IMG/VR virus record: IMGVR_UViG_3300046718_000268
Length of the DNA stretch: 62,400 nucleotides
From: a virus
Direction: 5' to 3' (one strand)
The position numbers were made by a program, and so were the translations under genes. The notes beneath the pieces are model-generated. The model was not told where the DNA came from. It ran no database searches and was given only the letters and a program-made list of their open reading frames with translations. Positions 36,900 through 45,170 of this stretch are shown here, one piece after another; within the stretch, counting starts at the first letter, position 1; the number at the start of each line of letters is the position of its first letter.

Positions 36900-37234
36900 T
36901 AAAAGACTCCGTCACCTGGAACTGCACCTTCAATATCTAAAGATATTGATGTTTTATATTCTTCTATTTTTAGAAATTCACGATGTGCGTCTTTCGGTTT
37001 AACTCCATCGCGAACAATACAAGTATGAAAATCAATAAACATCATAGCAATCTTACCTTCTCTAGAGAGAGAACGTCTTGGAACGTAGCACATTCCTCCT
37101 GAGAATAAAAAGCGTTGATCCCAATAGATATTATTGCCAAGTTCGGCAACTTGAATTAATCCAGGCAAGTGTTTTTGTGAAAGTGGATTTCTTGGATTCC
37201 ACATGACGATATAATTATTAACTGTAATAGTCAT
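36899..37234 (-). CDS. hypothetical protein (111 aa) inside the deazaguanine cluster
   Basis: ORF abutting the queE stop; no motif recognised. Confidence 0.5.
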   Translation of the reverse strand: MTITVNNYIVMWNPRNPLSQKHLPGLIQVAELGNNIYWDQRFLFSGGMCYVPRRSLSREGKIAMMFIDFHTCIVRDGVKPKDAHREFLKIEEYKTSISLDIEGAVPGDGVF

Positions 37235-38002
37235 TTAGTCGACTCCAATAATCTTATGAAGTTGCAGACCAAGAATGTAGCCGTACCTTAGACAGGAGGC
37301 TTTGCATGCTTCGAGCGAAGCTTCATTGCGAGCCAAGTCATCAGGGTTATCGCCAATGCCATGGTCCATGGGCTCAAGGTAAATCGGGACACGGTCCCTT
37401 TCGTATAGTGGAGTGACATATTTTGGTCTGGCAACGACTGACTTGACATTGTGGTTAAGGACTTTGATGGGGAGCCCGTCGATTTTGCTAACGGAGTCAT
37501 AGGACATCACGTATTTGAAGCAACATGCAACTTCGTGAAAGATTGGATGTACACGTCCAGTTTTAGGACTGCAGACAATGTATATACCATCACGCTTTCC
37601 GAGATCTTGTTCATATTCAAAATCTTTCGGAGGCTGTATTGTACCGTTTGTTTCGATTTGAACCCAATAAAGCAATCGACGTAGACGTTTCAAAAGTGGT
37701 TCGAGATTTTGTCGAAAAGGTTCGCCGCCAGTTATGACGATAAGTGGGCTGATGACATTATAACCACAAGCGTCATTGACGCTCGTAGTAATATCGACAA
37801 TTGTCATATATCGACGTTGGCTAGTATAGTCCGTATCACATCCGGGGCATTGAAGATTGCAGCCGGCAAGGCGGATAAAGACTGCCGGCGTACCAGCAAA
37901 CGGACCTTCGCCTTGTATCGTGTAGAAAATAGATTGAATTTCTAGGTCGCCATTCGGATGTGCTTCTCGCTTCTCGATTGGCTGTTGGTTTAACATAGTC
38001 AC
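37235..38002 (-). CDS. queE: 7-carboxy-7-deazaguanine synthase (radical SAM)
   Basis: TIQGEGPFAGTPAVFIRLAGCNLQCPGCDT (Cx14CxxC QueE-type cluster). Confidence 0.85.
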   Translation of the reverse strand: MTMLNQQPIEKREAHPNGDLEIQSIFYTIQGEGPFAGTPAVFIRLAGCNLQCPGCDTDYTSQRRYMTIVDITTSVNDACGYNVISPLIVITGGEPFRQNLEPLLKRLRRLLYWVQIETNGTIQPPKDFEYEQDLGKRDGIYIVCSPKTGRVHPIFHEVACCFKYVMSYDSVSKIDGLPIKVLNHNVKSVVARPKYVTPLYERDRVPIYLEPMDHGIGDNPDDLARNEASLEACKASCLRYGYILGLQLHKIIGVD

Positions 38003-38159
38003 TCCCGAGTTTCCTAGCGATGCTAGGGGTTGCGGAGTAGTGGGGCGAGGACAGACCTTTGGTATCTGAAGGAAACCAACATCCGAAACCTCGCCCCGTC
38101 CCAGAATGGTTCACTCCAGGACTTGATGGCCGGGTAAGCTCTTATTAGCCGCCTGCCGA

Positions 38160-38195
38160 CGAAACAACCCGGCATCACGGAGCAAATGCCGGGTT
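38160..38195 (-). terminator. hairpin terminator candidate after gene 38214..38810
   Basis: 10-bp stem AACCCGGCAT/ATGCCGGGTT (38166-38175 / 38186-38195), then GTTTCG on the - strand (weak U tract). Confidence 0.4.
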
Positions 38196-38213
38196 GAATC
38201 GAGCAGCTAGGTC

Positions 38214-38810
38214 TTACGACTGCGGCTGCTCGGAAGCAACCGGAGCCGTGGGGGCGGCGACCGGCGCTGCGGCGACCGGAACGGGCGCGGGCTTCGGCGC
38301 CTCGATCCGACCGCTGATGCCGTGGAACTTCCGCCAGCGAGCGTACTCGGCGCGCACGTTGGCATCGTTCAGACCGCGCGAACGGCTGATTTCCATCGAC
38401 TCCTTGATGGAAGCCGGCTGTCCGTTGCGGGTCGAGACCTCGTCGAACACGTCCCAAGCCTGGGCGCAGAGGCCACCCGGCTTCGGTCGACGGACCTCGT
38501 TCTGCTCCGGCATCTTGTTCGCCTCCTTGGCGGCGAGCATCGCGGCCTTCTGGTCGGCCTTCTCCTTCTCCTTCGCCTGCTTCTCGGCAGCACGAGCGGC
38601 TTCCTTCGCCTGCTTCTCGGCGACCTTGGCCGCCTGCTTGGCGACCTTCTCCGCCTCGCGCTTGGCAGCGGCTTCGGCCTTCGCAGCTTCCTTCGCAGCA
38701 GCGGCAGCAGCCTGAGCGGCAGCGACCGCGGCAGGATCGATGACCGGCGTCGGCGTCGGGGTCGGGGTCGGATTCGGAACAGGCATCGCATTCGGGTCGG
38801 TGGTATCCAT
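38214..38810 (-). CDS. Ala/Lys/Pro-repeat protein with conserved C-terminal WRK..GISG domain (paralog of 54926..55540)
   Basis: Start at MDTTDPN (AAGGAG RBS); PTPTPTPTP and AAKEAAKAEAAAK repeats; C-terminal GGLCAQAWDVF...RAEYARWRKFHGISGR. Confidence 0.6.
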   Translation of the reverse strand: MDTTDPNAMPVPNPTPTPTPTPVIDPAAVAAAQAAAAAAKEAAKAEAAAKREAEKVAKQAAKVAEKQAKEAARAAEKQAKEKEKADQKAAMLAAKEANKMPEQNEVRRPKPGGLCAQAWDVFDEVSTRNGQPASIKESMEISRSRGLNDANVRAEYARWRKFHGISGRIEAPKPAPVPVAAAPVAAPTAPVASEQPQS

Positions 38811-38857
38811 TTTCAGTCTCCTTCTTTGAGTTAGGGAACCATGCGGTTCGTGCAGTA

Positions 38858-38886
38858 TAAATAGCATGTCAGGGCGGACCTTGCAA
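38858..38886 (-). promoter_or_regulatory. promoter-like TTGCAA-N17-TATTTA (- strand) for 38214..38810
   Basis: - strand reads CTTGCAAGGTccgccctgacatgcTATTTA; shares TTGCAAGGT with the early promoters. Confidence 0.45.
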
Positions 38887-38889
38887 GCA

Positions 38890-39480
38890 TTATTTCTTGA
38901 TAGGGCGCATTTTCTGCCAGTTACCAAGTTCGCAGGAGCAAGTCGAACGATTTACTCCCTCTTTCTCAAGGATCTTCATCCACTCCTTGCGGAGCTTAAG
39001 AACAACCTTGATATCGGTCGGGCTACCAGCGGCGGCCCAGAGCTCATCAGCACGTTGCCAAATCAGATCGCGCGTACCAGCCTGACGGGGCGCACGAGAC
39101 ATCAACTGTGCCGGAATTGATGGGTCGGTAGGTGATGTGATATATCCACCGACTAGAACGACAGTTTGCTCTCCGATTGTAGCCATCTTCTTAACCGGAT
39201 GAGCTTCGAAATCATGCTCTCCAAGGAATTCTGGGAAGTTCTCATAGATTGCAATGCTGCGAGCATTGCCGTCCTGGCTGATATTCACCTGAACTTCGAA
39301 ATTCTCGTTATCGCAGAAGATTGGCCGACGTTCCTTGCGGCGAACATCCGATACGCTCTTGATCGGCGCCCACACGCGCGGCGCATCAATCCAATCTGGA
39401 ATCGGCAAACGGATCAATTGTCCGTTCTTATCGAATTTGCGCTTATCCAGAAAGACGGGAATCTTCAGATCGTCTTGCAT
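38890..39480 (-). CDS. hypothetical protein (196 aa); C-terminus distantly like the WRK-domain family
   Basis: ORF; C-terminal ...RSTCSCELGNWQKMRPI. Confidence 0.55.
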   Translation of the reverse strand: MQDDLKIPVFLDKRKFDKNGQLIRLPIPDWIDAPRVWAPIKSVSDVRRKERRPIFCDNENFEVQVNISQDGNARSIAIYENFPEFLGEHDFEAHPVKKMATIGEQTVVLVGGYITSPTDPSIPAQLMSRAPRQAGTRDLIWQRADELWAAAGSPTDIKVVLKLRKEWMKILEKEGVNRSTCSCELGNWQKMRPIKK

Positions 39481-39542
39481 TTGTTCCTCTTTGCTACTGT
39501 TAATAGTATAGCAAAAAGTTCATGATAGAGCAAGCGAATTCT

Positions 39543-41237
39543 TTAGAAGGGGATATCTTCTTCAAGAAGTTGAATCTTATGTACTGGCTGAGTTTTCTTA
39601 TCGACTTGAACTTCAGGCAAATCTTCTGTTGGAGATGATTTATTGAATGCAGATCCATCAAAGCAATACGCGAGAATCTCTGGGTATTTCTTGTTGATCC
39701 AGACCCGAATATGAGTAGCGGCTGGTAGTTCTCCGATATGTTCCAAAGCTTCGCTAGTTGTACTCGGCATTGGATGTTCTGTCCGAAGCTTCCACCAATC
39801 TCTTGCTTTCTTTTGAGCGAATCCATCATGTTCAATACAGATATATTCTTCATATACTTTCAGACCGCAATAATAGCTAACTTTCATCATAGGTGGCCTG
39901 CCCAGTTTGATATATTCTCGGCAGGTAATATGATCAACCTTAATTTCGACTGTCTTTGGCATCTCGCCTTTAATCAACTCAAGCGAGCTAGCTTCTGCTT
40001 TGATTTTAACAGCGATCGGAAAGTCGAAACCGCAGAAAGTGCATTTCCTGACGGAAATATGGTTCCATGTATCGCACGTTGGGCAACATTTGACAGGAGC
40101 TTCGCCTCCACCTTCACCCTTCATGTTTGGAATCAAAGGATCGTTAATCGGACCAAGTCGGCGCGTATTACCGGCAAAATCGAGAGCAAGGCAATTCTTC
40201 TTTCCTGGATACGGTCGCGTACCACGACCAAGCATCTGAACCCATAGTCCGGATGATGCAGTCGGTCGCAAGCATACAATGCAGTCGATCCAGGGCGAAT
40301 CAAACCCTGTGGTTAGGATGTTATTATTCACAATCATTCGAATATTGCCATTTCGGAATGCTGTAATATTTTCGTCACGATTCTTAGGTGGCATTCTCGA
40401 ATGTACAATACCACAAGTTTGACCGAAGCTTTCCATCATCTCTTTAATATGTTCGGCATGTGATATACCGGAAGAGAAGATAAGCCAATGCTGTCGATCA
40501 TGCGCCTGTTCGAGCGCTTCCTTTAGCGCTGCATAGGTGACTTCATTTTTATCGACTGCAATTTGTAGTTCGGTAGAGTTGAACTCACCACCGATCTTAT
40601 GAACGCCTTCTATCGAAAGTTGCGTTTTTGTATTTCTCGGGACAAGCGGAGAAAGATAACCTTCCGCAATCAACCGATTAAAACTTTCAAAGGTTGTAAT
40701 ATCGAAGCAGACATCACTAAATAAGCTCTTACCGTCGGCAATATGCCCATGACCAAGACGAAATGGTGTGGCTGTAAGACCGATGACTTTTAGTTCAGAA
40801 TTAATAGAACGAAGTCCCGTAAGGAACTTCTGATACATGGTGTTATCGTTAGGACCGAGTAAATGTGCCTCATCGATCATAACGAGATCTACACGACCGA
40901 ATTCTGCCCAACGCTTTGCTACGCTAGCGATGCCTGCAAAGATGATCGGAGATCTTGTATCACGTTTATTCAATCCGGCGCTATAAATGCCGGCTGGTGC
41001 GAAGTCCCAACATTGCAGGAGATTTTCATAATTCTGCCGAATGAGTTCTTTTACATGCGTGAGGATTAAAATCTTTTGATTCGGCCATTGCTTAAAGATC
41101 GACTGCAAAAAGCCGGAAATAACCACACTCTTGCCGGTTCCTGTCGGCATGGCGATGACTGGATTACCTTTGGTTTTCGCAAAGTATCCGTAGATCGAGT
41201 TAACAGCCTCGATTTGGTAGTCGCGAAGTGTAATCAT
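39543..41237 (-). CDS. superfamily-2 DEAH-box helicase with Zn-ribbon and SSB-tip-like C-terminus
   Basis: AMPTGTGKS (motif I), MIDEAH (motif II), CPTCDTW...CTFCG; last residues LLEEDIPF. Confidence 0.85.
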   Translation of the reverse strand: MITLRDYQIEAVNSIYGYFAKTKGNPVIAMPTGTGKSVVISGFLQSIFKQWPNQKILILTHVKELIRQNYENLLQCWDFAPAGIYSAGLNKRDTRSPIIFAGIASVAKRWAEFGRVDLVMIDEAHLLGPNDNTMYQKFLTGLRSINSELKVIGLTATPFRLGHGHIADGKSLFSDVCFDITTFESFNRLIAEGYLSPLVPRNTKTQLSIEGVHKIGGEFNSTELQIAVDKNEVTYAALKEALEQAHDRQHWLIFSSGISHAEHIKEMMESFGQTCGIVHSRMPPKNRDENITAFRNGNIRMIVNNNILTTGFDSPWIDCIVCLRPTASSGLWVQMLGRGTRPYPGKKNCLALDFAGNTRRLGPINDPLIPNMKGEGGGEAPVKCCPTCDTWNHISVRKCTFCGFDFPIAVKIKAEASSLELIKGEMPKTVEIKVDHITCREYIKLGRPPMMKVSYYCGLKVYEEYICIEHDGFAQKKARDWWKLRTEHPMPSTTSEALEHIGELPAATHIRVWINKKYPEILAYCFDGSAFNKSSPTEDLPEVQVDKKTQPVHKIQLLEEDIPF

Positions 41238-42142
41238 TCTCTGCTCTTGTAAGTGATGCAGCCTCGAAGCTGCTCCTCCTTCGTTAGGAATTTATTATGC
41301 ATTGTACACTGCCATTGGCCGGAAGGCAAGGGCACACTTGCGACGCAAGTTCTACAATTTCTTTCGACAACTGCGCCTTGAAGTCCAAAACAGACGAGCT
41401 TATGGTCGCACCATCGGCACTTCCAAAATCCAGGCGATTCACTAATACGCTTTGGTGGATTGAGTGCAAAGACGACCTTTTCGCCACGTTCGAAAAGTTG
41501 ATCACAAAGTTCAGGATTAAGAATGATAAGTTCAAGATGCAAATCATCTGTGTTCTTATTGACTGCACAATACAGACCGACTGCAAGGCCCATCTTACGC
41601 ATATACATCTGCATTTGAATATAATGTTCGAGTTTCGACTCACGAACGCCTTTATCGACTAAATCGTTAAACGATTTATCGCCATGCGTTTTGCATTCAA
41701 GGAGAGCAGGCTGTCCCGGTTCAAGATCGGGAATATCGATACCTACGCCGTCGCCAGAACCTCCAATATGTCCGCCTGCGTGAGAGATTGTATATTGTTT
41801 TCCATCAGGTGTTTGCTGATAGACTTGTACTTTGATCATTAAGAGAAGCGCTATAATACGAGCTTCTTCTAAATGGCCGCGATTAAAAAGGCGAAGTGTT
41901 TTTCCATCAAATCGGCGATAAGTAAACCATCGCCAACCATACCACATCTGACGAAGACATTCGCCACCGAGCACAGATGCTCCTAGGTGACTGCGGAATT
42001 TGTCCTCATCTTGTCTGTAGGCGTCTTTGATGTGTGGTAAAACTTGTTGAAGATAATGTCGATAAAGATTTCCTTGGTCCACTTCGAGTGCTGCATTTAT
42101 CGCAGCGAGCGTTTTAGTCGCCATACGGACATTCGGATTCAT
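41234..42142 (-). CDS. PD-(D/E)XK (Cas4/RecB-like) exonuclease with C-terminal Cys cluster
   Basis: ALLECKTHGDKSF core; CRWCDHKLVC...CRTC; start taken at ATG 42142 rather than TTG 42187. Confidence 0.6.
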   Translation of the reverse strand: MNPNVRMATKTLAAINAALEVDQGNLYRHYLQQVLPHIKDAYRQDEDKFRSHLGASVLGGECLRQMWYGWRWFTYRRFDGKTLRLFNRGHLEEARIIALLLMIKVQVYQQTPDGKQYTISHAGGHIGGSGDGVGIDIPDLEPGQPALLECKTHGDKSFNDLVDKGVRESKLEHYIQMQMYMRKMGLAVGLYCAVNKNTDDLHLELIILNPELCDQLFERGEKVVFALNPPKRISESPGFWKCRWCDHKLVCFGLQGAVVERNCRTCVASVPLPSGQWQCTMHNKFLTKEEQLRGCITYKSRE

Positions 42143-42300
42143 GATGTTCTTTCCATAGAGAAATCGATGGAGCGCGCTCGGGATCAAACCGGGACACCTC
42201 TGCTATCGGCCAACTAGATCCTACCCGCCCTTGTCGGGTCAACGGACCAAGAGTTCAAGATACCTCTCCTAGCCTAGTGGCTCCATCGACTCACCTCAGA

Positions 42301-43011
42301 CTAACGCTGCCAGGGAGGCGGCGCAGTCTGCGGATTGGGTTGCGTCGGCTGTGTCGGTTGCGCCGGCTGTGCAGGCTGTGCAGCCGGTTGCGGGTTCTGC
42401 CACGGCTGTGCTGCCGGGGGCTGCCAGGTCTGTGCAGGCGCCTGCGTTGCGGGCGGCTGTGTACCGTTAGGTGCAGGCGGGGTCCATGCAGGCGTAGCGG
42501 TCGGTTGTGGCTGTACGGGCGCAGGGGCCGGCGCAGCAGCGATCGGCGGTGGTGCCCACCCTTGCTGCGGCGGCGCAACGGGACTCGGAGCGGCAGCGGC
42601 ACCTCCAACGGCAGCATTGATGTTCTGCCAGTCGGTAATGTCGTTCTGGTCGTCGTACTGCTGCGTCGGATCCTTGCGAATCTTTACGCGCACCTTCATC
42701 GGCAAACCGTGAAGCTGCTCGCTGTTCGCAATCTGCAGAACGCCGACCGCATGGCCGATAGCCGAAAGCTGCCGGTAAGCAATCTCCTTCGCCGTGACCG
42801 ACTGGTTATGCAAGTTCAATCGCGCGAACAGCTTGCGATTGATGTACTGGCCGTCGAGAATATTGAACCGAAGCTGCAGATAAGCTCCGAGACCGTCCTT
42901 CGTCGGCTTCATCTCCGAGTCGTCGATCGCGACGTTATACCATCCCGCAGGAATGGCTTCCATTCCCGTGGAGGGTTCCACGGTTCGTGCATCGAAATTA
43001 AGCTGAACCAT
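42301..43011 (-). CDS. DUF669-type single-strand DNA-binding protein with about 110-aa Pro/Gln/Ala-rich tail
   Basis: N-terminal LNFDARTVEP...GWYNVAI...LQLRFNILDGQYINRKLFARLNLHN..AKEIAYRQLSAIGHA is the DUF669 pattern as recalled. Confidence 0.6.
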   Translation of the reverse strand: MVQLNFDARTVEPSTGMEAIPAGWYNVAIDDSEMKPTKDGLGAYLQLRFNILDGQYINRKLFARLNLHNQSVTAKEIAYRQLSAIGHAVGVLQIANSEQLHGLPMKVRVKIRKDPTQQYDDQNDITDWQNINAAVGGAAAAPSPVAPPQQGWAPPPIAAAPAPAPVQPQPTATPAWTPPAPNGTQPPATQAPAQTWQPPAAQPWQNPQPAAQPAQPAQPTQPTQPNPQTAPPPWQR

Positions 43012-43021
43012 CAGGTTCTCC

Positions 43022-43738
43022 TTATGATAGGGCTTTAGTTATTACACTTCCAAGATGGGGATACTCAATCGCTTCCAACTTGCCACTGCGGTCTTTTGCT
43101 TCATGTTGAATGTCTGCAGAGGTTTGAAGATAGCGATACTCCTTACCCTGCCCGTCCTTATTGAGCCCGAGTCGAAACACGAAGTCAAAGAAGTAAGGCA
43201 GTTTAGGTCCAAGTTTCGCACCTGGCATCGACGGACCATACTTTACGACACCAGACATTTCGTCTTTCATTGGTTCCATCTTCGCGGCCATATAGACATG
43301 CTTTCCTGGCATATCTCGATAGACACGAATAACGGATTCCATTTTCTCGATAAGCTCTCCGTACGCTTGACGCGGATCCTTCACCTGTCGTTTTGCATTG
43401 TTTAGAACAGTTTCGGCAATCTCAGAAAGACTGTCAATCGCTACCGATTGAAACATGCGCGCTTCCGCGCTACGAGTTAAGAACTGATATGCATCGTTAA
43501 GATCTTCAACCGTCCGAATCAAAATCATCGGTAGAGGGTAGGTGAACGGCTGACTTCCATAGATGCGACGAAGGTTTGCCTCCGATAGAGACAACGCGCC
43601 TGATTCTGCGCTCAACATAACCACATTGGGCATGGTTGAACAGAGAACGGTCTTGCCCATTCCTGATCCACCGTACACTAGGATTTTAACCCCATTGTTG
43701 GCGTTTTCGTGAGCTGATGTTGTAAATTGGAGTGCCAT
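43022..43738 (-). CDS. Sak4-like RecA-family ATPase (AAA_24)
   Basis: KILVYGGSGMGKT Walker A; size and pairing with the DUF669 gene. Confidence 0.7.
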   Translation of the reverse strand: MALQFTTSAHENANNGVKILVYGGSGMGKTVLCSTMPNVVMLSAESGALSLSEANLRRIYGSQPFTYPLPMILIRTVEDLNDAYQFLTRSAEARMFQSVAIDSLSEIAETVLNNAKRQVKDPRQAYGELIEKMESVIRVYRDMPGKHVYMAAKMEPMKDEMSGVVKYGPSMPGAKLGPKLPYFFDFVFRLGLNKDGQGKEYRYLQTSADIQHEAKDRSGKLEAIEYPHLGSVITKALS

Positions 43739-43765
43739 GTGTACCTTCAGTTATAGCAAGGAATG

Positions 43766-44062
43766 CTAGACTTTGCAAGCTAATTCCAGCGTCACCTCAG
43801 ATCCACAGTGTGGACACTTTCCTATCTTAGGCCGATCTGCTTCAGCTTCATCGAGCTGATCTTTGAGTTTCGAAATTTCAGCTTCATTGGTTTCGATTTG
43901 GCCTTCTAGATTCTTGATTTGTTCGTTATCATCAAGTCTATCTTCCAATCGTTCTCGAAGAAGATTCAGCAGAGGACCAAGGTTCGGATAGTAGTGTCGC
44001 ACATAGTCGACTATTTCTTCATTGGTAGCAGTCGAAGGAAGTCGCGGCAGTGTGGTTAGCAT
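43766..44062 (-). CDS. hypothetical coiled-coil protein with C-terminal CPHCG
   Basis: ORF only. Confidence 0.45.
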   Translation of the reverse strand: MLTTLPRLPSTATNEEIVDYVRHYYPNLGPLLNLLRERLEDRLDDNEQIKNLEGQIETNEAEISKLKDQLDEAEADRPKIGKCPHCGSEVTLELACKV

Positions 44063-44961
44063 TACATATCCTCCGGATGTCTAAAGCCAAGAAATACGGG
44101 GAATCGAGGTGCATCTTTCACGCCTGCTTGTTCGAAGTGTTTGTATTTCACAATTTTACCTTGGAATTCTTTTCGGCGCGCCCAGAAGTCTCTTCGCTGC
44201 TCCATGGTGTATCCAGTACCGATATCAACAGGCTGACCAGTAGCAAGATCTTCGCAAATAAACGAACCAAGTAAATCCATCGGCACTTTGCCGGCCTGGT
44301 GGCTACTACGTTTGGCATAGCCGAAGTTATCCTGTTCGAGTTCATTTGAATTATGCATGAATTGCTTAAGGTCGATAATTCGCGCTTCGCCGTCGGTCCA
44401 GCGCTTCACTTTGAGGAGCGCTCCTTCACGGGCGGTGCTGCGACCGAACTTGTATTTGGCATGAGGACTACGAACCATAATACCTTCGTAGCCTTCGGCA
44501 AGACATTTTTCTTCGAAGGCGTTAAGAACTTCTTCGTTCATGATTAGCATTTGTTTTAAGAATTGAATTTGATTGTTTTTGTGTAGTTCATGAAGATAGG
44601 AATAATTTGCTAGAATGTTGCTATTCAAATATTGAAGACGTTCTTCGAACGGATGTTCGGACATTCCCCAGACATCGAAAATCCAATAGGTAAATTCTGG
44701 CTGACCATCAAACGACATGCATCCACTTGTAGTGCGTTGCATCAAATTCGGATGGTTGGATGGACCGACGCAAAGTTCGCCATCGACACCGTTGAGGACA
44801 TGCTTGCCGAGTGTGTCCTGAACATAACGGTTCGGAATCAATTTGGCACTGCGGGATAAGAGCGCGCCATTTTGAACGTATGCACGAATGCCATCAATCT
44901 TAGGACTAGCATAGACTGGGAATGTGATGTCCTTTGCAGGACTGGCGAGCATTGGTTTCAT
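44062..44961 (-). CDS. ATP-dependent DNA ligase
   Basis: MKPMLA start, motif I SPKIDGIRA, EGIMV and LLKVK motifs. Confidence 0.8.
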   Translation of the reverse strand: MKPMLASPAKDITFPVYASPKIDGIRAYVQNGALLSRSAKLIPNRYVQDTLGKHVLNGVDGELCVGPSNHPNLMQRTTSGCMSFDGQPEFTYWIFDVWGMSEHPFEERLQYLNSNILANYSYLHELHKNNQIQFLKQMLIMNEEVLNAFEEKCLAEGYEGIMVRSPHAKYKFGRSTAREGALLKVKRWTDGEARIIDLKQFMHNSNELEQDNFGYAKRSSHQAGKVPMDLLGSFICEDLATGQPVDIGTGYTMEQRRDFWARRKEFQGKIVKYKHFEQAGVKDAPRFPVFLGFRHPEDM

Positions 44962-45170
44962 AATTCTCTCATCTTGTGTGTAAATCCGACATGAAATGCG
45001 CGCCAACAATCGGCACGGCGATTATCACCTATATCGGCTTTTATCCACCATGCACAAAATTCAATCCATACTTTACCAGATTTTTCTGGCATTGATTTTT
45101 GATTGGGATTCCAGCCGTTAAGATTAGGCTTTCCTCGAGGCTTTCCTCGTGGAGTTAGTTTCGATTTCAT
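44958..45170 (-). CDS. small basic protein (70 aa), tentative
   Basis: Internal ATG of ORF 44958..45335; ATGA overlap with the ligase start. Confidence 0.3.
   Translation of the reverse strand: MKSKLTPRGKPRGKPNLNGWNPNQKSMPEKSGKVWIEFCAWWIKADIGDNRRADCWRAFHVGFTHKMREL

Noticed and set aside
38020-38120. tRNA or preQ1 riboswitch in the leader of queE
   Set aside because: The 9-bp-stem hairpin spans only about 56 nt and cannot be folded into a cloverleaf. I could not match the preQ1-I or preQ1-II consensus from memory. It is kept only as an unexplained structured leader.
42143-42300. tRNA gene (GGTTTGATCCCG resembles a T-arm)
   Set aside because: No complementary T-stem, acceptor stem or anticodon arm can be drawn, and the element is about 117 nt long.
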